Below the pieces are notes generated by a model. It was not told where the DNA came from, did no database searches, and was given only the letters and a program-made list of their open reading frames with translations. From contig CAWVSB010000010.1 in NCBI GenBank assembly GCA_963933215.1, positions 32,256 through 96,255 of the forward strand: a stretch of 64,000 nt of DNA. Reading direction: 5' to 3'. Positions 20,039-29,515 of this stretch are shown piece after piece (the first letter of the stretch is position 1; each line of letters starts with the position of its first letter). The stretch comes from an uncultured Cellvibrionales bacterium (GTDB lineage: Bacteria > Pseudomonadota > Gammaproteobacteria > Pseudomonadales > CAWVSB01). The position numbers were made by a program, and so were the translations under genes.

Positions 20039-20854
20039 CTACTTATTGATTTCAAGATAACGAAACGCACTGCGATGCAGCGCTTTAAATAAGGCATCAA
20101 ATAACAGACCAAGCAGGCCGATAACTAAAATACCCGCCATGATGTCATCGACATGAACAAATCGTTTTGCGCGCATCATCATGGCGCCAATACCGTCGGT
20201 GGCTGCCACAATTTCGGCGATTACCAAATAGGTCCAGCTGACGGCCAGCAGTTGTCGAAACACGTCGACATAGCCCGCCATGCTTGCTCTGAAAATAACC
20301 GAGCCCAGTATTTGAATCGGTCGCAAACCCAACGTTTTGGCTGTTTCTATGTAAACCTTGGGCACTTGGCGCGTCACATCGGCGATCATGATGATCAAGA
20401 AGAACAGAACGCCAATAACTAGCAGGGCAATTTTTTGTGCTTCGCCAGTACCCAGCCACATTAGTAGTAGCGGGATAAATGCCGGCGCTGGCAGGTAGCG
20501 AAACGTCCCCGCCAAGGGGCCCAACAGACGATCAACAGGTCGATACGCGCCGATCAGTAGGCCAAATGGCAATGCCAGCAACACTGCAATAGAGAAACTC
20601 GTTAAAATACGTTTAACGCTGGCCCATATATCAGCCGCAAACTCTTTCTCTGCTAGCAATTCATACAGGCTGATGAAAACCCTATCTGGCCCCGGGAATA
20701 ATCGCTCTGGCGCCAGCTCCGCGTTGGCGGCAAGCCACCAGCCGACGACAAATAGAGCCCAGCCCAACGAACCTAAAAATAGCTTAGAGCCGAGCACCGC
20801 GACCAGCGACGCCGTGGGTTTAACCATTACAGTGGCGGTATCCATGCGTGGCAT
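20039..20854 (-). CDS. ABC transporter permease (NitT/TauT family)
   Basis: FRYLPAPAFIPLLLMWLGTGE, EAA-like IETAKTLGL, SWTYLVIAEIVAA. Confidence 0.9.
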   Translation of the reverse strand: MPRMDTATVMVKPTASLVAVLGSKLFLGSLGWALFVVGWWLAANAELAPERLFPGPDRVFISLYELLAEKEFAADIWASVKRILTSFSIAVLLALPFGLLIGAYRPVDRLLGPLAGTFRYLPAPAFIPLLLMWLGTGEAQKIALLVIGVLFFLIIMIADVTRQVPKVYIETAKTLGLRPIQILGSVIFRASMAGYVDVFRQLLAVSWTYLVIAEIVAATDGIGAMMMRAKRFVHVDDIMAGILVIGLLGLLFDALFKALHRSAFRYLEINK

Positions 20855-21868
20855 CTAGAACGCGGTAAGAAAGCTGAGTGCATCGGCGCCAACGGCTCGA
20901 CCTTGTTTAAGCGATTCTTTTACTTCATCAGCGCCATAATCGTCGGCATAAATTCGAGCCAGCCGATGTTTATGAAAGGCGCGGGCTTGCTCCATAAAGC
21001 CCAGAGTCTGCGATTCAACTGCCGGTAACATTTTGGCATGCAGGGTCGGCAGTCGATACCACCCCAGCGTAGGTTTTTCGTGGTGGGCGTTGTGATAGCA
21101 AAAATTTAATACCAGCAAATTGAGCTTAGGAAAGCGAGCAGATAACAGATTGCTATAGGTGTTGCGCTGCTCATACGCTGTGTCTCCGCGGTAGGGACGC
21201 GCAACCTCTTTATCCTCGAGATTGAATACCACTTCGTAATTGTGCTGATAGCAATCCATGAAGCGTAAAGCAGTGAATAACAGCAATTGCGCCAGCGCAT
21301 ACAAAAAGAAAGCGACAGCACTGTAGAAGAATATCACCGCCAACAAACTGGCACGAATTGCCAGCACCTGCAGCACGCGGCGACGCTGCCCACGCTTTGA
21401 CTCGATGCACCATGGGGCTGCGACTAGCATTGTGTGCATCATGATTTCGACAGCAGGAATATAGACCCATTCTGCCCCTTTCACGACGACTTCCAGCCGC
21501 GGGCGGTTCTTCAAAAAGCGGCGGTAATCCCACACCACGGGGTCATAGTTATCAACATGATGCCGCATGTGCTTGTAACGAATATCTTCATAACGTCCAT
21601 AGCAGCTACCGGCTATCCAGTTAAGCACTTTGCCCAAGTGAGCATTTCTAGTGGTCGATAAAAACACCGTATTGTGACCGCAGTCGTGAAGCAGATACGC
21701 TGCAATCAACATACTGTGTGCCAAAGCAATCACGCCAATAATATTGCTCGCTACACTGCCCTGAAGAATGGCAATCCAGCCACCAATATAGGTGATGGCA
21801 ATATAAAGTAATACCGCCGCCGTGTAGCCCACCCCAGCAGGGTCGCGCAGTTCAAGAAATTTAAGCAT
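20855..21868 (-). CDS. Membrane di-iron fatty acid desaturase/hydroxylase family protein
   Basis: Three His boxes HDCGH, HMRHH, HNAHH plus TM segments. ATG at 21868 overlaps the upstream stop. Confidence 0.85.
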   Translation of the reverse strand: MLKFLELRDPAGVGYTAAVLLYIAITYIGGWIAILQGSVASNIIGVIALAHSMLIAAYLLHDCGHNTVFLSTTRNAHLGKVLNWIAGSCYGRYEDIRYKHMRHHVDNYDPVVWDYRRFLKNRPRLEVVVKGAEWVYIPAVEIMMHTMLVAAPWCIESKRGQRRRVLQVLAIRASLLAVIFFYSAVAFFLYALAQLLLFTALRFMDCYQHNYEVVFNLEDKEVARPYRGDTAYEQRNTYSNLLSARFPKLNLLVLNFCYHNAHHEKPTLGWYRLPTLHAKMLPAVESQTLGFMEQARAFHKHRLARIYADDYGADEVKESLKQGRAVGADALSFLTAF

Positions 21869-22733
21869 GCTGAGCTTCCTGTTGAACCGACGCTTGTGAC
21901 CAAGTCTCAAAGTGATTCTGTTCAGTGGCACCAATCCAGCGGTTAAGATCCCAGAGGTCAGCGATTGGCGCGTTGGTGAAGGGCAGATGATGCAAGTATC
22001 CGTCGGGACCAAACTCAGGCGTCATCGTCGTTTCTTTATAGCCACGGGATTTTTGCGCAAGCCAGACCGCTTCCCAGCACCGTTGATGGCTGGCGAGAGC
22101 CTCGCCATATTCAGGCGCGCCGGGATGTGGCACTTGCGGACCTTGGTCGTAACCAACGCGGCTGTGCACATGGTGTGCATGCTTTGCCGCAAGCTCAATG
22201 GCATCCCATTCACTGTCCATGAGGCGCTCACACACAACGACCCAATGACTAAAATCACAGGTTATTTTGATGTCGGGGATTTGCCCAAGCACAGCCATGG
22301 TATTCCATGGGCTGAAAAAGGGGCGGCCACGATGGGTCTCGAATGAGCAGACAACACTATGCTTGTCGGCGATATCCATTGCCGCCTTAAAAAAATCAAC
22401 ACTAGTACTAACCGGCCATGCATCACAGCCCCCCATCACGTTGACAAACTTGGGGCCCAGTGGCTTGCCAATAAGAATCTGTGATTCAAGGTCTGCTAGG
22501 TGCTCGCTTACACTGGCATGTCTTCTAGGAACGTAAGAACCTGCGGTACAGATTTCCTGCACCCACTGCAGATTATGTTCATTTAAGCTTTTATGCAGTG
22601 CCGGTAAATGGGCCGAGTTTTCGTCGACTGCCGGGGCCTCAAGCCCCGCGAAGCCAGCGGCTTTTGCCAGCACGGCAGCTTCTTCTATGCTGCCGGTATG
22701 CCCCCAAAGCGTTTTAAATGTAAGTAATTGCAT
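21861..22733 (-). CDS. Sugar phosphate isomerase/epimerase (xylose-isomerase-like TIM barrel) family protein
   Basis: AGFAGLE, FETHR, CDFSHW, HVHSRVG, TPEFGP metal-ligand pattern. Confidence 0.8.
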   Translation of the reverse strand: MQLLTFKTLWGHTGSIEEAAVLAKAAGFAGLEAPAVDENSAHLPALHKSLNEHNLQWVQEICTAGSYVPRRHASVSEHLADLESQILIGKPLGPKFVNVMGGCDAWPVSTSVDFFKAAMDIADKHSVVCSFETHRGRPFFSPWNTMAVLGQIPDIKITCDFSHWVVVCERLMDSEWDAIELAAKHAHHVHSRVGYDQGPQVPHPGAPEYGEALASHQRCWEAVWLAQKSRGYKETTMTPEFGPDGYLHHLPFTNAPIADLWDLNRWIGATEQNHFETWSQASVQQEAQHA

Positions 22734-22771
22734 GATCTTGCCTCAACACTGCATGTGACTGAGGTTAAAAC

Positions 22772-22812
22772 TGCAATAACTATGCCAATCTGTATGTATA
22801 AATCTATCATAC
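22772..22812 (-). promoter_or_regulatory. Sigma54 promoter of the isomerase-desaturase-ABC operon, with an upstream GTATG-N11-CATAC inverted repeat
   Basis: Minus strand reads GTATGatagatttataCATACAGAT-TGGCATA-GTTA-TTGCA. Confidence 0.75.
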
Positions 22813-22873
22813 TGATTAATAACTAGTTTTTGTGATTTTTGAGGTATCTGGCAGTATCGCCCACTAGGCTGCA

Positions 22874-22912
22874 TGCACCGATAGTGACGATAATGCGTGC
22901 CCTTTTGGTGCG
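22874..22912 (-). promoter_or_regulatory. Tandem degenerate NtrC-like boxes
   Basis: TGCACCGATAGTGACGA (22874-22890) and CGTGCCCTTTTGGTGCG (22896-22912). Outer half-sites are intact, spacing is 22 bp, about 90-125 bp upstream of the sigma54 site. Confidence 0.5.
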
Positions 22913-23105
22913 CCTAGGACATTTTAGGCAGTGCTCACCCGCGCCACAGCAATTCGATTGCGCCAACGACAACGCTAGCAACGAGCTTGCTCACAGCGAA
23001 CAAGCTTATAATTATTTTTTGAACGTTATACTCAAGGATAAAACCTTGCCTAAATCTAACCCGCATTGCATTGGTTAGCTATTAGCTAAAAGTTCTATTA
23101 TTGAC

Positions 23106-23537
23106 CTAATCTATAGCTATAGTAATTTCGTTAAGGCCTGACTTAACCTCAATACTCGCCTCGTGAAAATTAGGCGGACCAAAAGCGCCCATCGGTGCGG
23201 AAAACCCAAATGGCTCTTGAGGATAACCAATAAAATTAGTGTCCAATTCATCGTTAGCGTTTACATCATGGAAAATAGACAAGGCGTAGCTGCCTGTAGG
23301 AATGTCTTCAATTAACAGAAACACTTCTGCTTCACCACTAACGGCTTGGCTGGCTTCAGCGAAAGACACAGTATCAGCTTCTGTGCTCAACCAATCATCG
23401 GCGTTGTCAAAAACAGCAACCACAATACTGCCGCTGTCATGGGTAATGCCGGAAACAGTTATCGCTAAACTACTCTGTTGAGCAAACGCTATATTGGTCG
23501 TAAGCAATAAACTCAAGACTAAAAGAACCTTTTCCAT
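23106..23537 (-). CDS. DUF2141 family secreted protein
   Basis: Signal peptide; GSYALSIFHDVNANDELDTNFIGYPQEPFGFS. Confidence 0.85.
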   Translation of the reverse strand: MEKVLLVLSLLLTTNIAFAQQSSLAITVSGITHDSGSIVVAVFDNADDWLSTEADTVSFAEASQAVSGEAEVFLLIEDIPTGSYALSIFHDVNANDELDTNFIGYPQEPFGFSAPMGAFGPPNFHEASIEVKSGLNEITIAID

Positions 23538-23605
23538 ATTCTACCTATCAGCATAATTTTTATTAATAACAGTTAGTAAAAATGCGAGCATTACTCGGCT
23601 TTTAC

Positions 23606-25039
23606 TTAGTTGCCTTGACGCCAGGTACCGTGAAATCCGGCAGGTACATTATGCGACAACCGCACTACAGCTAAAGGTCCTTTCGATAGTGCTAGTGCAT
23701 CGAAAATATATAAGCTACTGGTATGGGTTTCAAAACTGCTGCCAACCGTCAATAAAAACCCTTCGCCTTCTGCAGCATTCTCTGACTTTGGCACAAACAA
23801 TGCTTCGGAAGCAGTACTTTGCCCTAGCGAATAACGATCATCTTTGCCAGTCTCATGGTCAAAGTGTCCAACTACATTAAAAAAGTGATCGGCATCTTTG
23901 CTTATCGTACTCGCCAATTCACCGTCAGGCGAGACATACCAACCGTGACGATAAGGCTTACCCAAATAGCGTAAATCACACTGGGGAAACTCTGATTCAT
24001 AGTCGTCGATTTTTTCAAATTCGACTCGCGGATTGTCTGCATTCATATCGATAGTCCAGCGATGCAAATACGGAATCGCCTTACCACTCTCACTGCCATC
24101 CACCAGCGGAAACAACGGGGCATGAGTGAGCTGGCAACAATCAACAGTGATGACCCCATCTTGATCAAAGCCATTCATAAAGTGAAATACAAATGACAAA
24201 TCCATATCCAGCCACTGGATGTTTTCAGCATTACCGCCGTGACGCGCTAAAATACCTATTTTTACTGGCAGATCTGGCTCCCATGCAAATGGGGCTCCAC
24301 CTTCCATCGCCCGCTCTAAACTGCCAGAGATCGGAAATACTGGAATCAAAATATAATTATCAGTGATAACAAAATCATGAATCATCGAAGAATACGGTGC
24401 CGGAATATGAATACTTTCCGTCAACACACCAGCAGGGTTTACTTTATGCAACATCACATCTGGGGCAAATGGGCCTGTTGCCATATAGGCAAAGAAAATC
24501 ATCTCACCAGTAACGGGATCTATCTTAGGGTGCGCTGTCATGGCCGTATGTAACTTGCCGCGGAACGACCAACTGCCTATTGATTCCAAGGTGACTGGGT
24601 CTATCTCGTAAGGCCTATGCCCCTCTTCCAGCGCCAATAATCTGTCGCCATGCCAAACCATAGCGGTATTGGCTAAGCCTTCTTTATCCACCAATACAAA
24701 ATCACTATATTCTGGCTCACAATCAAAAGGGTTCATCGCATTAACTAATGCCCGACCTTCTTTTGCTTCCATATTAAACTTGGCGGTACGCACCCAGCGG
24801 TTGTTATAGCTAGCTTTACCGTCTTTGATATGAAACGCATGCACCATGCCGTCGCCAGCAAACAAATGATATTCACCTCTTGGTGCATAACGTTGATTTG
24901 GGCCATTACGATACAAACTCCCATGTAACTCAGGCGGTATTTCACCCTCAACAACTAAATCATGAGCATCGCATTCCATCTGAATAGGGCCAAATGGAAA
25001 CTGCAAAAATGGATTATCGCTGGGCATTGGCTTAGCCAT
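23606..25039 (-). CDS. Carotenoid/stilbene cleavage oxygenase family protein (lignostilbene dioxygenase-like)
   Basis: GEIPPELHGSLYRNGPN, GDGMVH, four Fe-His motifs TAHPK, MIHDF, VFHF, GFHG; EFP. Confidence 0.9.
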   Translation of the reverse strand: MAKPMPSDNPFLQFPFGPIQMECDAHDLVVEGEIPPELHGSLYRNGPNQRYAPRGEYHLFAGDGMVHAFHIKDGKASYNNRWVRTAKFNMEAKEGRALVNAMNPFDCEPEYSDFVLVDKEGLANTAMVWHGDRLLALEEGHRPYEIDPVTLESIGSWSFRGKLHTAMTAHPKIDPVTGEMIFFAYMATGPFAPDVMLHKVNPAGVLTESIHIPAPYSSMIHDFVITDNYILIPVFPISGSLERAMEGGAPFAWEPDLPVKIGILARHGGNAENIQWLDMDLSFVFHFMNGFDQDGVITVDCCQLTHAPLFPLVDGSESGKAIPYLHRWTIDMNADNPRVEFEKIDDYESEFPQCDLRYLGKPYRHGWYVSPDGELASTISKDADHFFNVVGHFDHETGKDDRYSLGQSTASEALFVPKSENAAEGEGFLLTVGSSFETHTSSLYIFDALALSKGPLAVVRLSHNVPAGFHGTWRQGN

Positions 25040-25058
25040 GTAGTTATCCTTGGTTAGT

Positions 25059-25109
25059 TGTTGACAGTGTAAACATTAGCAGTAAGACTGTATGTTTACA
25101 ATAGTAACA
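25059..25109. promoter_or_regulatory. Pair of palindromic operators between the oxygenase and TetR genes
   Basis: TGTTGACAGTGTAAACA (25059-25075) and TGTTTACAATAGTAACA (25093-25109). Confidence 0.65.
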
Positions 25110-25159
25110 TTCGTCTCAGTTTGGTATTATGAGCATCGGTCTTCCAATTAGAGTTATCT

Positions 25160-25774
25160 ATGCAAGCCAACAAAACTACTTACCACCACGGAGATTTGAG
25201 GTCAGCACTACTCGATGCCGCACTTACAGTGATCAACGAAGCTGGCTCAAGCCAGTTAACAATCCGTGAAGTAGCAAGACGAGCTGGGGTTTCTCATACC
25301 GCACCCTACCGACATTTTGCTGACAAAGATGAACTCATTGTGGCAGTTGTAGAGCAAGGCTTTGAGCTGCTCCAGCAAACGATGCAAGCAGAAAAGGACG
25401 CAGCCGCCAAAGACCCTATAAGCCAATTCGCCGCATCTGGCACCGCTTATATAGACTTTGCTTTACAGCACCCTGCTTATTATCGCGTTATGTATAGCGG
25501 CGATTTATTAACCAGCGACGGCCATGAAAGCTTACAACATACTAGCTCAAATACATTTGCCCAAATGGTCGACGACATAACGACCTGCCAGCAACTGAAT
25601 ATAGTTAAGTCGGGCAACCCAGCCCTTCAAGCCTTAGCCATACTTTCTACCGTCCATGGCTTTGTCACCATGGTTAACGACAATCGGGTAAATGCCCTAC
25701 TCGGTCAGAATCCAGACATTAATGCTGTGCGCGACATGATTATGACTTCTATCTTTGAGGGTTTAGGAACTTAG
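25160..25774 (+). CDS. TetR/AcrR family regulator (WHG-like C-terminus)
   Basis: YHHGDLRSALLDAA, REVARRAGVSHTAPYRHFADK, STVHG. Confidence 0.9.
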   Translation: MQANKTTYHHGDLRSALLDAALTVINEAGSSQLTIREVARRAGVSHTAPYRHFADKDELIVAVVEQGFELLQQTMQAEKDAAAKDPISQFAASGTAYIDFALQHPAYYRVMYSGDLLTSDGHESLQHTSSNTFAQMVDDITTCQQLNIVKSGNPALQALAILSTVHGFVTMVNDNRVNALLGQNPDINAVRDMIMTSIFEGLGT

Positions 25775-25827
25775 CGACTGAGCCATAAAGGCTGCTGCTA
25801 GCGTGATCGCTGTAACACTTATAAAAA

Positions 25828-25850
25828 AAACAGTCATTACCGTTTGTTTT
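25828..25850. promoter_or_regulatory. Palindromic operator, copy 2 (AAACAGTCA-TTAC-CGTTTGTTT)
   Basis: 18 of 23 positions match the 37727 copy; sits upstream of the TonB receptor. Confidence 0.55.
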
Positions 25851-25977
25851 TAAAAGACCCCTTTGCTAGTATCTTAAATATACAGAATATTCTGCGCACA
25901 AAGAATCTTATGACGTAGCTGTATTAGTAATGCAACACAAAACCACCACCACTAAAAATTATAAAACGGTGTTAATA

Positions 25978-28383
25978 ATGAAAATATCTACTCCTGCTCT
26001 AGCGACTCTTGTGCTTTCATCTTTTATTACGGCCCAAGTAAACTCACAAGAGAACGCAGATAAAATGGGCTTCGCCTTAGAAGAAGTTATTGTAACTGCC
26101 AACAAACGGGTACAAAGCCTGCAAGAAGTCCCGATGTCGGTAAGCGCGTTTACCGAAGACTTTCTCAGAGACTCTGGGTTAACCAACTTTGCAGACCTGC
26201 AGCAATATGCACCTAACTTAAAAATATCAACAACTGCCAGTACCGCATCCACCTCTGTACGTATTAGAGGCATCGGCTCTGTCGGCACTAACTCGGGCAT
26301 AGACCCAAGTGTCGGCATGTTTATAGATGGCGTTTATCAAGGTCGAGCGGGCATGAGCGTAGCCGACCTTGTTGATATCGAACGAATTGAAGTATTGCGC
26401 GGCCCACAGGGAACTTTATATGGCAAGAACACCGCCGCTGGTGCCATCAGCATTATTACTCGCCGTCCTAATGACATCTTTGAAGGTCTGTTAGAGCTCA
26501 CTTACGCCAACGACAACCGCATCGAAGCTCGCGGTATGGTTAACATCCCCTTCGGCGATACTGAAAATGCTATGCGCGTAAGTGGCTATGTCGTCAATGG
26601 TGACCATATCTATGAAAATGAATTTAATGGCGAAGGCCTAAACGACGCCAACAAGTGGGGCCTCAGAGCACGAACATTATTGGTAGCTAGTGACACTAGC
26701 GAATGGTTATTAACCGTCGATTATAGTGAAGAAGACACCGATTGCTGCGGTATTGCGGTAATTGATTACGACGGTTTATCAACCCTTGGTACACCCACCT
26801 TAAATGCAGCGTCAGCTGCCTATCAACAAGGACTAATTGACGCTAACAACGGCTCTTCATTACCTTTTAACTCATTTGAAGATACCGAAGCTATTTCACC
26901 ACCTACTGCTGACCCATTTGACGATAACTATTGGGTAGATGGCGAAACCACTAATAAAGTAACAGTTGGCGGGGTTGCAGTTGAATGGAACAAAGACTTT
27001 GCCAACAACAGCTCACTCACTTTCATCAATGCATGGCGTAATTATTCGTCAGACTCGTTCTATGATGGTGACTTTACCGGCCACGATGCGGTATCGGGTT
27101 CCACCGAAGTTGAGCTGGATCAATACTCATCAGAAATCAGACTAGCCTCTGAATCTGGCAATACGGTTGAATATCAAGTTGGTTTATTTGGCTACTATTC
27201 AGAATTTGACTCCCTCGGCAAGTTTGCCCAAAGCAAACTGTTAATTGATAAAATTGGCCTTGGCGGACTTTATTCAAATGGCACTTTAAATACCGACGAT
27301 AACTTATATACCACCACCAGTGGCGCGGCGTTTGGTCAACTAACGTGGAATATGTCTGAAGAATTAAGCGCAACCTTTGGCTTGCGCTATACCTATGAGA
27401 AAAAAGAACGCGATGGTTCGCAAGTTACAACGCCGGACCCCGAAGGAGGGATAGTTGCACCTAACTTACCCCCTATTGCCGGGCCAAATTATTTCACTGT
27501 TGTTGATCGCAGCGATACAGCAGTCTCGCCAATGATCAACATTCGTTACTTCTTAACAGAAGATATAATGACTTACGCTAGTATCAGCCGAGGCTTTAAA
27601 TCCGGTGGTTTTAACCAACGCCGTGAAGCAACGCTGCCTGACGGCACCGCGCCATCGGGTGAGTTTGAAGAAGAGATCGCCACTAACTATGAAATGGGGT
27701 GGAAAGGTTCTTGGCTAGATCGGCGTTTGCAAGTAAACGGCACGTTCTTCTATGTTGAATATGACGATTTTCAATCGCAAGGTTTTGACGGCTCGACGGT
27801 CAAAGTAACCAACGCTGGATCAATGGAAAGTTATGGTAGTGAACTAGAAATTGTGTATTTACCGGCGGCCAATTTAACGTTAGGTTCTGCTTTAGGCTAT
27901 ACCCATGCGACTTATAGCGACTTTAAAAATGGCGAATGTACAGTCGCCGACAATTATGACTTAACCTTTTACCAAAATACTAACTTTCTTGCCCCTGCGC
28001 TCGCCGGGGAAGCATGTACGAAAGATCTTACTGGCGAACAACTAGATAATGTGCCCGAATGGACTGTCGCCACTTTTGCACAATATAAAATAGAACTGAA
28101 TGAGAATCTAAATGGAACTATTCGTCTAGAGCATAGTTATACAGATTCATTCTTTTTAGATGTGGATCTTGACCCAAATCTTGAAAACGATGCAGTTAAT
28201 CTATTCAACCTTAGATTGTCCCTAGCGAATGAAAATTTAGACTGGGAAGTCGCCGCTTGGATGCGCAACATAACTGATGAAGAATACTTCGCTATCGGCC
28301 AAGACATACCAGTTTTGGGCGGCTATATCGGCGTTGCAGCTCCAGAAAGAACTTATGGTGCCACCCTGAGACTATTCTTCTAA
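25978..28383 (+). CDS. TonB-dependent receptor
   Basis: Signal peptide, TonB box LEEVIVTA, plug motif IERIEVLRGPQGTLYGKNTAAG, C-terminal RTYGATLRLFF. Start 25978 or 25930. Confidence 0.92.
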   Translation: MKISTPALATLVLSSFITAQVNSQENADKMGFALEEVIVTANKRVQSLQEVPMSVSAFTEDFLRDSGLTNFADLQQYAPNLKISTTASTASTSVRIRGIGSVGTNSGIDPSVGMFIDGVYQGRAGMSVADLVDIERIEVLRGPQGTLYGKNTAAGAISIITRRPNDIFEGLLELTYANDNRIEARGMVNIPFGDTENAMRVSGYVVNGDHIYENEFNGEGLNDANKWGLRARTLLVASDTSEWLLTVDYSEEDTDCCGIAVIDYDGLSTLGTPTLNAASAAYQQGLIDANNGSSLPFNSFEDTEAISPPTADPFDDNYWVDGETTNKVTVGGVAVEWNKDFANNSSLTFINAWRNYSSDSFYDGDFTGHDAVSGSTEVELDQYSSEIRLASESGNTVEYQVGLFGYYSEFDSLGKFAQSKLLIDKIGLGGLYSNGTLNTDDNLYTTTSGAAFGQLTWNMSEELSATFGLRYTYEKKERDGSQVTTPDPEGGIVAPNLPPIAGPNYFTVVDRSDTAVSPMINIRYFLTEDIMTYASISRGFKSGGFNQRREATLPDGTAPSGEFEEEIATNYEMGWKGSWLDRRLQVNGTFFYVEYDDFQSQGFDGSTVKVTNAGSMESYGSELEIVYLPAANLTLGSALGYTHATYSDFKNGECTVADNYDLTFYQNTNFLAPALAGEACTKDLTGEQLDNVPEWTVATFAQYKIELNENLNGTIRLEHSYTDSFFLDVDLDPNLENDAVNLFNLRLSLANENLDWEVAAWMRNITDEEYFAIGQDIPVLGGYIGVAAPERTYGATLRLFF

Positions 28384-28399
28384 TTATAGGCTTAAACTG

Positions 28400-29209
28400 A
28401 TGGGTGATAAAGACGTAATTAGCACTGACACTGGCTCCGGCCGCGTAGCTCCCATTAAACGCCGTGGTTTTATGTATAACTGGGGGCCGCAAGCGTGGAT
28501 CGATATGTGGATGTCAAATTCCATGCTGGTGAAAAAAGCAATGCCAATTATCAACCACACTTTTGTCCCTATTTTGCGCCTAAGCTGTGACAATCGAGAT
28601 CAGCTAGAAGCTGACTACATTGAGATAAAATCGCGCCGCGAAACGATAACAATATTTGAAGCCCCGCGCGAGAAATGGCGCAAGCGTTACGGCAACTTTG
28701 TTCGTGAAATGGAATGGGCACTGTTAGAGCTGCGCAAATACTTCAACCAAACTCAGTTTGAAGATATTGTCGTTGGCACTAGCGTAGCCCTGTCACATGA
28801 CAATACTGCTGAATTTTTGGATATGATGAATTCTATCTCTGACAAAAATAAACCGAAGAAAAATAATACCAAGCAAAAACGCAAATCTACCGACCCCAGC
28901 TGGTTTACTAGCCTAATGTTTGAAATGTTTAACCCCGCAGGCTGGCTAACAGGTCCAGCAAAAATCACCACTTTCGACCCAGATAACGGTTTAACCATAA
29001 TGGAAATACCAGAATGCGGCTGGCATGTATGCGCCTCACAAGACACATTACCAAACCCCAAGGCACTGCCCGAAGAAGGTTGCCTATATATATGTAAAGG
29101 CCCCTTTGAGGCTTTATTTAAAGGCCAAAATGGCGGTTTAAAAATGGAGTTTGAGCCACACCTGCCGGCAACCTCATGCACTGTTCGCATGAGCTGGGTA
29201 ACCGGTTAA
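28400..29209 (+). CDS. Hypothetical protein with Cys-containing, possibly V4R/ATC-hydrolase-like C-terminus
   Basis: EIPECGWHVC...GCLYICKGP...TSCTVRMSW. The fold assignment is a guess. Confidence 0.55.
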   Translation: MGDKDVISTDTGSGRVAPIKRRGFMYNWGPQAWIDMWMSNSMLVKKAMPIINHTFVPILRLSCDNRDQLEADYIEIKSRRETITIFEAPREKWRKRYGNFVREMEWALLELRKYFNQTQFEDIVVGTSVALSHDNTAEFLDMMNSISDKNKPKKNNTKQKRKSTDPSWFTSLMFEMFNPAGWLTGPAKITTFDPDNGLTIMEIPECGWHVCASQDTLPNPKALPEEGCLYICKGPFEALFKGQNGGLKMEFEPHLPATSCTVRMSWVTG

Positions 29210-29224
29210 CTCGGCGCTGAACTG

Positions 29225-29500
29225 ATGGTTAAGTTGTTTAGAATTTTCCGTATGCAGAAAAAATTATTGCTGCAACACAGACAACAAACACGAGAAATAA
29301 AACAGCTCAGAGCAGCACTAGCAAAACTGCGTACACAAAATAACAGTATGCGAGATGGCCTGCGTCGCTGCGTCAGTTGTGACTACCGCATCGACATTAA
29401 ACAAAAACAAGCAAACGCAAACGACACTACAAATTATAATTCTTATAGCAAATCAAACATTCACTCAAACATTCACTCAAATATTATCCACAGCGAATAA
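29225..29500 (+). CDS. Small coiled-coil protein with CxxC
   Basis: Heptad-rich N-terminal half, RRCVSCDYR; operonic spacing. Confidence 0.55.
   Translation: MVKLFRIFRMQKKLLLQHRQQTREIKQLRAALAKLRTQNNSMRDGLRRCVSCDYRIDIKQKQANANDTTNYNSYSKSNIHSNIHSNIIHSE
29453..29488 (+). repeat. 12-bp tandem repeat (TCAAACATTCAC)x2 plus a degenerate third copy, encoding SNIH
   Basis: Read directly from the sequence. Confidence 0.75.
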
Positions 29501-29515
29501 ATTAGGAGCAACAAT

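Noticed and set aside
22839..23078. 79-aa ORF upstream of the isomerase operon
   Set aside because: TTG start without a clear RBS; it overlaps the NtrC-like enhancer region and has no motifs.
14826..23105. Nitrogen cluster as a mobile genomic island
   Set aside because: It looks somewhat GC-richer by eye, but I found no integrase, tRNA or flanking direct repeats. This would need a computed GC and codon profile.
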